Shown piece by piece: positions 23,151-36,479 of a stretch of DNA of 64,000 nt. The stretch comes from Hypanus sabinus (taxonomy: Eukaryota), in the NCBI RefSeq assembly GCF_030144855.1, contig NC_082731.1:25172001-25236000 (forward strand). Direction: 5' to 3'. The notes beneath the pieces were generated by a model that was not told where the DNA came from, ran no database searches, and saw only the letters and a list, made by a program, of their open reading frames with translations. Position 1 is the stretch's first letter; each line of letters begins with the position of its first letter. The position numbers and the translations under genes are program-made.

Positions 23151-24122
23151 AAGCCGGAGTAAATAAAGACAGTGTAGCAGTAAGTTTGACAGTTTATTGT
23201 TCACTCCTCCATATTAACATATTAACATCGTATGCTGAAAACTGTTGATAAAATAATACAAAACATATACAGTGACAGTTTCACTCTTTCCACCACATTT
23301 GCATCGTAAATACTTGTAAAAATAGACTATAACAGACTGTATTACAGAATAGTCTCATTAAAAGTACAAGATTTAGGCAGAATCTGCTTAAGCATTTATA
23401 GAGTTTATAGGCCATCAAAAGTTATAGGTGGATTCCATCACAATTTTTCCAGCAATGCTGACAGTGACACAACAAAAATAAACGACTTCATCAACCGTCG
23501 ATTACAAAATCACAAAATAATAATAAATTTGCTTCAACATGTCTACTATGGACTTACGACATTTATTCGTATATATATAATGCAGTAGAAAAGGGAGGAA
23601 ATGGTGTGGTATTTCCCTTCCCTAGAATGTCCATTCAAAAGTTTATTGACAGGGACGAGTCGTCCAGTGTTCGCCTTCAGTTTCTTCTACATCCGTGATC
23701 TCGGGAACAAACAGCACTGCAACATAGTTTAGCACCCGAGGGCTAACGGCCTGTAAGAGACATTCCACTTTTCAATTAGAGCCGCTCCCAGAGCAGGAAT
23801 CAGTTGTTTCTGAATTGGACAGAATGCCCTGTACGTGTAGGCTCAGGCCACTAAAGCAGAGCTTCAGTCCTCCACCGCGGAGCTCGTTGTCGAGAAACCC
23901 ATGGGGGTGCCGAAGGATGTTCTCCTATTATCCAGTCTCCCATCATCCGTCACAGAGGCTATCAGCTTTTATGGTCCCACAACGCAGCATAGTCGGCCGT
24001 TGTCTCACCTGTTGGCGGGTCTGCGGGACGCAAACTATATGTCTCTGTGTCATGACATATGCCAGGGTTTTAAGCGGCCGCCTTTTGACAGGCCGTTTCG
24101 CGAGTCAGAAGAGGGGAGGAAG

Positions 24123-24127
<5 letters not shown>

Positions 24128-24152
<25 letters not shown>
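24128..24152. repeat. (TA)n microsatellite
   Basis: Direct TA run. Further (TA)n runs at ~24484-24508 and ~45056-45086. Confidence 0.95.
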
Positions 24153-24153
<1 letters not shown>

Positions 24154-25989
24154 CGCCAGTCTTTGAGATATACCGGATTGCGTTTCTGTTATAATAGAAA
24201 CGAAATAATGTTTCTGTGAACAATGGTGTAAACCAAAGGCACATACAAATAGATAACGTATGAACGTAAAGATGCAATCTAATGTACAATAATATAAATA
24301 TTGTAATGCACAGAACAGTTTAAACAGCAAGAATAGCTAAAAGTGTGGATAACATGTTAACAATATTTTGTTTTTCGAATGTTTCCAGTATATTTATTGA
24401 GAGACACAGAGTTACGTGAACATTTATATACTTCATATTTAGAATGGCACGGCATATTTGTGCAGTAGGAATAGAGAGAGAGAAATATATATATATATAT
24501 ATATATATTTACATTCCCGTTATCTGTAGACACAATATATTCAGAGAGACGACAAAATTTGGAGTGTAAACGTCTAACTGGCATAGACGTGAGGCGCGCA
24601 GAAAACAGACCCAAGACCTTGTACTATACATATTTTTAAACTTGTCAACGCGTATATCATGATCGCTGAAAGAAAACAACGTCCAATGTCACAGGTGCAG
24701 AGTTGAGTACAGAATTTACAGAGTCAGTATTTAACTGAACTGAATCAGAGACGGAGCAAAGATAAGTGAATACAGTTCACAGACAAAATCCAAGCTGTAT
24801 GCCAAATAATTTTCTGTAATATCAACAAATCCAACGCTGAGCATAAACAGCGAAGTTTCAAGCAGGAAGGCGATGTAATCATGTCCAGGACCTTCTGAAA
24901 TGCAGCCAGGGAATAATATGTTTAAAAAGGCATGTCTTCTAATACAAAGATAAACAGCATAACATGGCTTTGACTGCAACTGTGCCGAATGCCATACAGA
25001 CAGCTATAGGTATTCGTGTAATGTGAACAGAGAGAGGAGTCATGCCAAGATGCCTGCAGATTCCTGAAATGCTATGTCATAAATATGTAAACGGACTGTG
25101 TAATGCGCACAATGGCGGAATGCAGTATAAAAATTGAAAAGGGGAGCAGTTGGGCATCGGATCAAAATAAAACGTGTTAGAGATAAAAAGAAGTTTACTT
25201 GCAAACTCACAGCTGTGATATGTTTGCTGACTTTTTGGCAGAACTTTAAGCCCTGAAATTCACAACACGGGTATTGGCATTTCTCACTTCATAATTAAAT
25301 TAAAGGTTTTTATTTCTGTCTCTCCATGCTGACTGCACATAGTTCCTCTTAATCTATTCTCAGCGAATTTAGCCGACCATCAAAGAGCCTCATAAACATG
25401 GTGGTCTAATAAATGTTGGTCATATTAAACTGTCGGAATATTCTCCAGAGACAAAAAGGTCATAATATCTTATAAGAGTACTCTGTATTTCCAAAGAGAA
25501 GGCATACTCTATAGGGTCGCAAGAGCCTGCTATACACTGGCTCGGGAAAATCGGAAACCCTGAAGTGCTGGAAATATACAAAATGCTGGTCCACTGTAAA
25601 ATGTTGAGTTTGACAAGAGCTCCAGTAAAGTGAGTCGATAGAGCCTGTCGACCCAAACATAAGGACCCTTCCTCAGCTGGGGAAAAAAATGAAGCAAACT
25701 TCAAAAATGTAGTTGCAATCTGCTGCGATGTCAGAACAGAACGATTAGTAACAGTCTAGCACAATTGGAACAAATGTAGTTGCAGATTTTATTAAACAAT
25801 GCTGAGAAGGATATGTGATGGAACGATCATAATTGCAATCAGTTGTGTGGGTTCAAGTCTGTTCCTTTTAATGCGAGAATTATCAGTAACAAGAACAATG
25901 AACACTGACATTGGTTCAGTATATGGAGCTATAATGTAATGGCCTTGACTAAGACTTGGCTTTCACAAAGGCAGATATGACTACTGGCG

Positions 25990-27158
25990 GATGTGATCTA
26001 CCTGGATTTTAGTAAGGCAGTTGACAACGTTCCACACGGTAGGCCTATTCAGAAACTCAGAAGGCATTCGATCCAGGGAAGTTTGGCCAGGTGGATACAG
26101 AATTTGCTTGCCTGCAGAAGGCAAAGAGTCGTGGTGGAGGGAATACATTCAGAGTGGAGGGTTGTGACTAGTGGTGTACCACAAGGGTCAGTTCTGGGAC
26201 ATCTACTTCTTGTGATTTTTATTAACGACCTGGATGTGGGGGTAGAAGGGTGGGTTGACAAGTTTGCAGACGACACAAAATTTGGTGGTCTTTTAGATAG
26301 TGTAGAAGATTGGCGAAGATTACAGAGGTCCATTAATAGGATGCAGAAGTGGGCTGAAAAGTGGCAGATGGAGTTCAACCCGGAGAAGTGTGAGGTGGTA
26401 CAGTTTGGAAGGACAAACTCCAAGGCAGAATACAAAGTAAATGGTAGGATACTTGGTAGTGTGGAGTAGCAGAGAGCTCCGGGGGTACATGTCCTCAGAT
26501 CCCTGAAAGCTGCCTCACAGGTAGATAGGGTAGTTAAGAAAGCTTATGTGGTGTTAACTTTCATAAGTCGATGGATATACTTTAAGAGACGCGATGTAAT
26601 GATGCAGCTGTATAAAACTCTAGTTATGCCACACTTGGAGTATTGTGTCCAGTCCTGGTCGCCTCAATATAGGAAGGATGTGGAAGCATTGGAAAGGGTA
26701 CAGAAGAGACTTACCAGGGTGCTGCCTGGTTTAGAGAGTATGGCTTATGATCAGTGATTAAGCGAACTGGGGCTTTACTCTTTGGAGAGAAGGAGGATGA
26801 GTGGAGACATGATAGAGGTGTACAAGATATTAAGAGGAATAGACAGAGTGGACTGTCAGCGCCTCTTCCCCAGGGCACCGCTGCTCAGAACAAGAGGACA
26901 CGGCTTTAAGGTAAGTGGAGGGAAGGTCACTGCGGATATCAGAGGAAGGTTTTTCACAGAGAGTGGTTGGTGCGTGGAATGCACTGCCTGAGTCAATGGT
27001 GGAGGTATACACACTAGTGAAGTTTAAGAGACTGCTAGACAGGTATATGGAGGAATTTAAGCTGGGGAATTATATGGGAGGCAGTGTTTGAGGATTGCCA
27101 CAACATTATGGGCCGAAGGGCTTGAAATGTGCTGAACTATTCTTTGTTCTATGTTCTA
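25990..27158 (+). mobile_element. CR1 LINE 3' fragment (RT and 3' end)
   Basis: IYLDFSKAVDNVPHGR, VTSGVPQGSVLG, KFADDTKFGG, YKTLVMPHLEYCVQSWSP, RTRGHGFKV; ends in TTCTATGTTCTA-type tail. Confidence 0.93.
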
Positions 27159-27449
27159 ACAAGGTGAGAAGATTACGTTTGCGTGTTGCACATGCAGGTT
27201 TCGCTGAATTATGAAGAGAAGAAATGAGTACACTATCTGTTTAAGTCTGTGCTTAAACTAGTGTTGGGGGTCACTGATTAAAGCTCCTTATTATGGTACA
27301 CCAAATAGATTAACGTTTGGTGCACTTCAAAGTGATGATCAGAAAGTAATGTTCCTATTATGAACGGTTTAGACATCCAAAGGGCAGGTGAACTCCTAAT
27401 TAGAGTGCCGAGTTCTATAATCATACGATGGTTCGACGTCGTTTGGATC

Positions 27450-30400
27450 AATCGGCGATAAGGATGTGGTGTTAGTGCAGTCTTTCTGTGACGTGACTGA
27501 CCTTAACCTGCCTGATGGAGAGCGACATCTGAAGGAGCGGGTGCGTGTGCAGTTCGTATACTTATTGAACGGGGGCAGACAGATGAGGGCGAATAATTTA
27601 AGGGCAATTTGTTCTCGGTTCCTCGAAGTGTGAGGTAGGAGTTTTCTGATATGAAATGTCTAATAGGTCCTTGACCGGGCGACGGAATTTCTCAGCTGGG
27701 TTCTTACAATTGCTTCACCGGTACATAAATGGAAAAGGGTACGATGGACCGGCAAGGATAGTTATAACAGGCTGAGAATGTCCTCTGGTGTCAAACATGC
27801 CCTTGATAGTGAGAAGGAATAAGGTACTTGGGCGGACAGACCTCTGAGTTACTCGATGAAGCGGGTAGTGAATGACATGAGAACCTTTGGGAAGTACCCC
27901 AACATGTACTATAATAGTAGAGGAGTTTGCGAACCACCGAATTCTACGGAATGCCTGAGGCCGAGGCCGTCCTAGTCGATGCTTCATAGATTCACCAAAA
28001 TTAGTCATGCGTACCTGCTGGAGCGTTGCTGAGACATGAATTGCAGAAAAGTTCTGATGTGCATATAGACAGGGCGACACTGATTTACAAAAACATCTTC
28101 AGGCAAATTTTACGGTCACACGTCGGATGCCGGTCATTTTTTTTTCTTTCTGGATAACCGTAACGTCTTGCTTTCTGGTGAGAAATCCGGGGCAGTGGCA
28201 ATCCATTGGATCGGGGAAATTAATTGCACATTCCATCAACTTTGGTAACTCTCCCTTCCCTGAGAGAAGGGAAAGAAAACTGAAGGAGAAGACTCTGAAG
28301 TCTGTTCTACCAACGAGTTTGATGCGGGATACTCCAACTGTCTACTTCACACTATCCAGTCACACAGAACACCACTTTCAGTGAAAGATCTCGGCGGTAG
28401 CTATTGCGGACGTGTATGATCATCGGCAACATATGCTGAAACTGTATGAAGCTGGAATTATCACTGAATTTATTAGTCTCTATGAATCATGGAAAGAGGT
28501 GAGGAAGATGAAAGGAAAGCTGTGAATGTGCGTTGCCTCTCGGACACTGCGCTGACATACAGTCCTTGACCAATATATTGTTCATTGAGAAGTCTGCAGG
28601 TTACATTAACTTGCTCGAGATACTTGTGTAAACGGATTACTTCATACTTTTCTCCTTTGGCACTTGGAAAACATAATAGGAGGCGACATGATATGTTGGA
28701 CCGACAGAAAACCCAAGGACTAAGACTATCAGTGCACAAGTGTGAGTTCTGCAAGACGTCGGTCAGCAAGGTTGGCCACATTGTCTCAAAAGATGGAGTA
28801 GTTAGGGATCCGTCTCAAATCATGACCATATGGTATTGGCTCACGGATATGAGTCCCCCAAGTTCATTCTTTGTATTCTGTGGGTAATACCGAAGATTGT
28901 TGAGGGCGACTGCAACGTAAATCGGGCATTGATTCAACTTTTATGGGTTATCCTTTTTCGCAAGAATAAAGAGAGGAAAAGCAAAGGGAAAAATGAAAGG
29001 TAAAATCTGCCTTAGACCGTCAGTATCGTTCCGATAAAAATGGCGTGCAGAATGTGGGACTCTTTCAGCTGGTGAAAAAAGTTATTGACTCAAGCACTTG
29101 TGTTGATCTTTGAAGAGCCCGGAAAGGATGTGACATTTTGCTTACACCACCCAAAGCTGTCACCCTCGGTACGAAACTACCCTATGCGCAAGTTCGTGTT
29201 TCTGGCACTGAAATGGGCTATGGTCGATACGTTATGTAATTATCTATGCAGTGCCAAGTTCAAGGTTGAGAATGACAGCAAACCATTTGACTTATACATT
29301 CACATCAGCGAAGTTAGATATCATAGCTGGTTTCTAGCGGAGTATGTTTTATGAAACATATGCCTGGGTGCCGGACGTTTACAGGGTTGGATTACATAGA
29401 AGTCTGCCCGAAGTGCAGCAAAAGAGTGGAGAGTGCAAGACCAGTCTGCCTCTGGTATTAAAGCAATGAGCCGGTTTTCTATAGTGGGAAAACAGAGACC
29501 AGCCGAAGGCATGACAGAAATGTGGATCATTTGGGAGGTTCAGCTTGTGCCATTTCACAGGGTTATTGCAACCTGACCGCTCTGTATACGAATCTGTTTT
29601 CTGGCTTGAAGCCTGCGAAATTGGTAGGAGACCAGCCAAACCATGTGATCATGAGTCATAGCAGCATAATTAGGCCATCAGACCCATCGGGTCTGCTCCG
29701 CCTTTCAATAATGGCTGATTCTTTTTTTTTTTTTGTATCTCTTCCTCAAACTAACTTTCCGTCATTGTCCCCATAACCTTTGATGCCAAGTCAAATGAAA
29801 ATCCGAACTATATCTAAATTAAATACATCCGGCCACTTCACTCAACATCTGCGTTTGTTAACAAATTCCAGAAATACATCACTCTTTCTGCAAAGAAATT
29901 TCTCCGCATCTCTGTTTTGACATGACTCTCCTCTATGCTGAGGCTGTGCCCACTTTTCCAAGACTCTCCCACCTTAGGAAACATCCTTTCCACCTCTACT
30001 CTCTCTAGTCCTTTCAACATTCGAAAGATTTCAATGAAATCCGCCATCATCTTTCTGAATTCCAGCGAGTGCCGACCCAGTGCTATCGCATTTTATTTGT
30101 GTTAACCCTTTTATCCCTGGAATCATCCTTGTATACCACACCTCGACCCTCTCCAATCCAATCACATCTTGTCTAAGATGAGGGGCCAAAACTGTACACT
30201 ATACTCAAGGAAAGGCGTTTTAATTCCTGAGCATCAATATTTGCTGTTGCATTCTAGACCTCTTGAAATTAATGTTGACATAGCATTTGCCTTCGTAACC
30301 AGCATCTCAACCTGCAAGTTAACGTTCAGGGTATTCTGCACAAGGACTCCCAAGTCCCTCTGCATCTAGTTTCCTGGACATTATCCCCATTGTGAAAATA

Positions 30401-33400
30401 GTAGATACAATTAATTCTACTACCAAAGTGCATGACCATGCATTTTCCAACATCGTACTGCATATGCCACTTACTTTCCTATTACCACAATCTGTCTAAT
30501 TCCTTCTGCAATATGTCCGTTTCCGCAACAATATCTTCCCTTCCACCAATTTTCGTCTAAACTGAAAATCCATCTATTCCATCATCCGAATCATTTATAT
30601 ACAGCATAAAAGAAGTGGTTCCAACATTGAACCCTGCGGAGCACCAAAGGTCACGGGCAGCTAACCAGAAAAGGTTAATTTTATTTTCAGTTGCTACATC
30701 CTAACATACAGCTAACGCACTTACTGTTATTAAATCCTGTAATACCAAGGGCTGTTATCTTGTGAAGCAGTCTGATTCATGGCACCATGTCAAATACCTT
30801 CTGAAATTGAAGATCTACAACTTTTCTTACATCCCCTTTATATAGCCTACTTATAATCTCCTCAAAGAATTCAAACGGTATCGTCAGGCATAATTTTCCC
30901 TGAAGGAAATCATGCTTAATTTATACTATCTTGCCCTATGTCACCACGTACTCCACCAGATTATCCTTAACAATTCACTCTATTATATTCTCAACCACTG
31001 AGGTCAGGCTAACCTACCCATAAATTCCTTTCTAAGGCGGTCCTCGTTTCTTAAAGTGTGGAGTGACATTTGCAATGCTCTAGTCGTTTGGCACAAAGGC
31101 AGATTCCATTGTTATTTTGAAAGATCATTTGTTTGCCAGCACAATCTCCAAGGCTACATTTTTTAAGAACACAAAGGCGCAGTTCATCTGGTTCGGTGTC
31201 TTCCAGAGTAAAGAGTGAGGCAATTTAATCATTTAGTTTATCAGCCACTTCCTTCTCCCTCGTTACTATTTCTCCCTCCGCATTCTCTGGCAGTCCTATA
31301 TTCCCAATTATGTCACTCAGTTTTCATATAGTTAAACAAAAGCTTTTACTATCCGATTGGATATTATTTGCTAGCTTGCTTTAATTTTTCTCCTTTTCCA
31401 TTTCAATTATTGTTTTTTGTTCCTCTGTGTAAATGTTTTTTTTTTAAATCACAATCCTCTATCTTCCCGCTTTGTTTTTTACTTTTTTGTATGACCTTTC
31501 TTATGCATTTTCAATAATGTTGATTTTCCTTGTTATCCACGGTTGCACTATTTTACCGTTTGAGTATTTATTCATATGTTCAATACACCTGTACTCTACC
31601 TTACTCATTTTTCCCCAAAAACGCACGCCGTTGCTTCTCTTCCGGCACAGCCTTCAATTTACTTGGACCAGCTTCTCTCTCAGACCATTGTAATTTCCCT
31701 TATTCCACTGCTACATCAGAGTTTATACTCTCACTATAAAATTGCATGTTGAAGTCAAACATATTGCGTTCCCTAAGGATTCCTTTACCTTAAGCTCTCC
31801 AGAAGCTTCTGGTTCATTACATAACTCACAGTCCAGGTAGATGACCTTTTGGTTGTCTGACTGCCTAACTGTTTTAAAGTGCTATCTTTGGCATTCAACA
31901 ACCTCGCAGTCTTGCATTGGTGCCATTTAAACATTTATTGTCAAAGTGGATACAGCCCAGGCTTAAAACACGAAACGCCCCACCAGACTCCTACGAACGA
32001 GAGAAAACGACAAACGGGATTTGAGTAAGTATGGTTTTTTAAATGGTTCCTTCTACTTCATTCAGTCGTAGACTTTCCCTGATTCATCAGATCTCAGAGG
32101 GCTAACATTGAAGAATACTGGAAGTTCTGCTTTGATGCATTTGAATGAAGACGGTGCCCCTGGTAGTTACTCTATTATGTTCATAACAAGGTGCGGGGCC
32201 GCGATATTTACTGAGTACTTGTTTCTTTTCCATTGAGACTGATTTCAGCAATGCCGCCAATGTTTTCTCATCACTGATCACTGCATCGATTATGTTCAAG
32301 CATTCCTCATCAAGGATCAGATAACATGCACATTTGGCAACGTATAATGGTACAACTATACTGTTCATTGTGGTCTCCAAATAAGAATATAAAGTAATCA
32401 GGGACAGACTATGAGAGTTGGCACATTTATAATATACCGAACATGCTGGGACCCAGGAAGTCGAGAACCCCGAGATACCAACTTAAATGTGATCACAACA
32501 TGAAATGATCAATCAAACGTTGATAGACATGCTTGCAACCCACGTTGGAAGTAAATAGTAAAAGGAGAGTCGGCATGTTGTGCATTTTTTTTAGACTGCA
32601 ACAACTGTATACAGAATGACACAATCGCCATGTTATTTGATGTTTAGGCCACGGCGAGATTACATGTAGATCTCTGTTTTGGAGCCAGCGGTGAAGACGA
32701 GCCACAAAATGCGTATCTTAAGCATTAGTCTGACCTGATGGAAAAATAAAACTGCATCAGTCTTTTGAGTTGGTAGCGCTTTCTGCAACCAAGCAAATTC
32801 AAGGATACAAAAGGAAATATGATCAAAAGATTAGTTTTTCCACTGATGTCTAGAGACAGAATTTTAATAAGACATTTGGGGCTATTCGGTGACCACTGAG
32901 TGTCTACACCTGAGATAGTCAAGCACTATAAGCAACATGTGCCATCTTCGCTGATGAATGCAGAAGATGTCAATGGCCCTTTAAAAAATCTCAATTGGAA
33001 TCATCTGTTTGATCCTCGCCCAGGAAGAACGTGATGACCCAACGCCTGACATGGAACCTACACCTACTGGGAAATCTTTGCGCAGAAGAGAGAGAAGAGC
33101 GAGGCAGTCAACAGAAAAACCTGACGAGGAACCGACCATTTAATACGATAAGGATTTAGAGGATGAGGAATTGCCGGTATAGTTGTTCGCGCCTTATGCC
33201 AACTACGCAATAAGTGGTGAGAAGAATCCGTAATCTCTCAGTGCAGACTCAAATTTAGTAGACAGGAAGTCATGACAAGAGAAAGCAAAGGGTAACAGGA
33301 GTCCAATGTCATTATGAATGAAACTGAGCTCAGCCAGTTGACAGAAGGATCTGCCATGCTGAAGATACTGCGGATGAACTGAGGAGCCATCCCCAAGTAA

Positions 33401-33820
33401 ATGGAAAGGCGTGCTTGAGTGAGATGAAGGAAGGGGACTCCCAGAGAGGCACGCATCTGATGCGCGGGGAAGCAAAGTTTAACGTCTATCCCCAAGGGGA
33501 GATATGTTACTCACATTTTCAAATGGGTAGAGGGACCAGAAATTGCAACATTTATTTGATTGTTGTGTTATTAATAATGGTTTGATATGATTGAAACTCG
33601 TCAGAACTTATTTATTTTTGGTGGGGTTAAATGTGATGCTGTGGTTTGCATGTCTATTACTAATACAATGCCTTACTTTATTTTGCATCTCTCGGTAAAA
33701 AAAAAAGTGAGTCCTGCTATTAGAATGCGTTGATTTCGGCTAAAAATCTGTGTTTATGATTTTGATCTTAGGAATGTAATATTTCTCCGTGAGGACGTAA
33801 AATTCTGTGCTGACAGTAAT
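27450..33820 (+). mobile_element. Old Gypsy LTR retrotransposon internal region (RT/RNase H/integrase relics), split by a CR1 insertion
   Basis: GLRLSVHKCEFCKTSVSKVGHIVSKDGV...SSFFVFCG (28585-28887) and RNYPMRKFVFLALKWAMVD (29085-29354). Integrase-tail-like decayed sequence at ~31950-33500. Boundaries are uncertain. Confidence 0.65.
29690..31900 (-). mobile_element. CR1 LINE fragment
   Basis: Minus-strand ADFIEIFRMLKGLERVEVERMFP...KTEMRRNFFAERVMYFWNLL, with upstream decayed CR1 RT sequence. Confidence 0.8.
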
Positions 33821-33827
33821 AAAGAGA

Positions 33828-33870
33828 ACGATGATGGAATGATGATAATGATGATGATGATGATGTTGAT
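33828..33870. repeat. (GAT)n microsatellite
   Basis: Imperfect GAT tandem run. Confidence 0.9.
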
Positions 33871-35059
33871 GGCTGGATCTTCGCTGGCGAAGATCGGAGA
33901 ACAAAGTGTCCTCAGGAGCGACGGTACGATCATTGGTGACCGTAGGGAACAATTATGATTCTCACACTCGGTAGACATCAGATCTCCAAAGAAAAAAAAC
34001 TCTTTGATAGCAGCATCTGCTTGCAGTTTTTGATAGTAGACGCTTAACAACTGCAATTCCGACCCTTCTCCCTCATAGCAAGACATTTCTTTCCGCTTGC
34101 ACTGCGCCCGTGGGGGATCAATTCCACTATTTCGTTTCAAAATGGCACGGCGAGCTGCGGTGACACCATCGACTGCAAAAATGGAGGCAGGTTATTGAAG
34201 CTGTTGTTTTTCTGCAAGGCAGACGGACTAGCAGTCTTACGGGTTTGGAATCTGATTTCTCCTTTTCCTAGCGTTTCTGTCAGAAAACGCCTGTGAGCCC
34301 ACGTTGCCCGCGCAGCTACAATGCTGGTCACTCGATCGAGCAGTGCAATACTCAACGTAGTTGAAGTGTGATGCAACCGCAGTGTAGTAGTGACCTCCTG
34401 CATTGCAAGCCAAACAGTGCTCCTGCGATGTTCGTTCTATCTGTTAAATTAAAGGCTACGGAAGGCACATCAGTTTCTTTCAGTGAACAACATGTTCAGC
34501 CGAGGACTCGCCGTCTCTGTATGGGCAGTATTTCAACAGCATTCGCTCAAATCGGTGTTCCGTTAATCAGAGCATCTCAAATTTGTTGCGTAGTTTAACC
34601 AAAATTTATAGCGATTTCAGACCAATATTACTTATGAAAATCAGACTTATCATTGCTGAGTTACCTGACTGTTAGCCGAGTCCGATATCGATGTGAATTT
34701 GCATGCGATCCAGTTGAGAGAAATACACGGGGTCATTGTCATATTGACTTACACTTCCCTAATATTGATTCGCAGCTCTCATATTGGAGGGGATACCTCC
34801 AGAAAAAAAAAGATGTTGTGGAAGTGGCCACAATATGAGGATTTTTTAGTCACGCTGGTTGTTAAGGTGAAATTGCTGCTGATGTTTCATGGAAAATCGC
34901 CCAAGGAAGGTATGGAGCATGAGGTTTAAACAATTACAAAAAGACAATAGCAGTCTGTTGTTTAATTGAGAATTTCATAGAATTACGACAGAATGCAGAA
35001 GCAGAACTGCATAGAGTGGAACCAGAAACCGAATGTCGGCATAAAACAAAAGCCGTGGT

Positions 35060-35119
35060 GGAGCTGGAGGAAACCGAATTTCCCTCGGGATCAATAAAGT
35101 ATGTCTGTCAGTCTGTCTG
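35060..35119 (+). repeat. Rex1/Babar-like LINE 3' tail
   Basis: TTTCCCTCGGGATCAATAAAGTATGTCTGTCAGTCTGTC; the same tail occurs inverted at ~52020-52075. Confidence 0.55.
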
Positions 35120-35202
35120 GCATGGGCTCTGAACGAATTCTTGTTCAGGGACAATCTAATCATGGCAATAAAACTGAAACCACTCGCGGAGGAGTAGCTA
35201 TT

Positions 35203-35713
35203 TGTTATATAAAATGACAGACATGTAATCGGTAATCCCGTTCGTCTCTGTCTGGGTTGTCTCATTTAACTGGTTTAGACGAGTCAAGGAGTAAAGGCTC
35301 AAATACGCAAACCTGAGATGTGCATACTGATGCAAATTAGTACAATGACCGTTAAGAAGGTGACCTAGGTAGGTTAGGTGAACTTGAGCAAATGTGATAA
35401 ATATCCAATAATTGAACTGATAAAGAGTAGCATAAGACTCAGGAGCTCCAAACACGCAGAAGCGATAATTCTGTAGCAATCAGAGACGAAACATCATGGA
35501 TTTGGAGTACCCCACGGACACGTGTGGATCCGGAACACGAGGAACGTCTGGCCAGTACAGACTCCTTTCGCCGGTAATACCTGTTCTCTTCATTGACTAT
35601 TCATTGAGGGTGCACACTGAGACAGTTTGTGAAACCACGTGTGTTTAGTAGAAACAATAAAGTCAATTTGTCAGTAACTACAGATTCTCGGGGCCTCACT
35701 GCTCATTATCACA
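35203..35713 (+). mobile_element. Candidate solo LTR
   Basis: TGTTATAT...ATTATCACA termini (TG..CA), AATAAA at ~35656, ~510 bp. No TSD found. Confidence 0.4.
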
Positions 35714-35789
35714 AAGGTTGCTTCTTATAACACTGCAGATAAAATTCAAAATTCAGAGGTGCTTTCGGCTCAATGGGCCCTGATGTTTA

Positions 35790-36460
35790 AGTTGCAGGTT
35801 GATTCGGTGAAAAGAAGGCAATGGCAATGTTAACGGGCATTTTAAGAGGACCAGAATGTTAAAACATTCTAAAACAAGATATAATGCTATAGTAATTAAG
35901 TCATTACTAAGACCACAGCTGTAGTATTGCAAGTAGCTGTGGGCTCGTTATCTGGGAAAAGTTCTGCTATCGTTTGATATTTTATTAAAAAGGGTCACGA
36001 CTATGACCCCAGGAATAAAAGGGTTAACGTGTGAGGAGCGTATAATGAGTCTGTGCTTGTATTCGCTGGTGTTCGGAGGAATGAAGGGGGTTTCACTGAA
36101 ATTTGTCCAATATCACAAGGTCTTGATGGAGTGGATGTGGAGTGGATTTTTTCTTATTTGGTTGCCACTGTGATCAGATGGCATATCTTCATGATAGGAT
36201 GACATTCATTTGGAACATGCATGAGAAAGTCTATCTACAGCCAAAGGGTGGTGAATCAATTCAATTCATTGTCATAGACGATGGTAAATGTTAACTTAGT
36301 CAGTACATATAAGGCGGAATTTGATAGATTATTGATTAATCGGGGCCACAAAGGTTATGGACGGAAAGCAAGAGAACGTGGCTAATATATCAGCCAAATT
36401 GGAATGGCCGAGCACACCTGAGGAGAGCAATAGGCTAGTATCTGCATATCCATGTCTTAA
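35790..36460 (+). mobile_element. CR1 LINE 3' fragment, decayed
   Basis: Recognisable CR1 3' nucleotide motifs (AGACCACAGCTGTAGTATTG, CCAGGAATAAAAGGGTTAACGTGTGAGGAGCG, CAAAGGTTATGGACGGAAAGCAAG). Confidence 0.7.
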
Positions 36461-36479
36461 GGTATTATCAGTCAACTCT

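Noticed and set aside
34130-34930. SYNAGHSIEQC and nearby sequence as a Gypsy gag/protease relic
   Set aside because: Only a partial zinc-knuckle resemblance; too degenerate to call.
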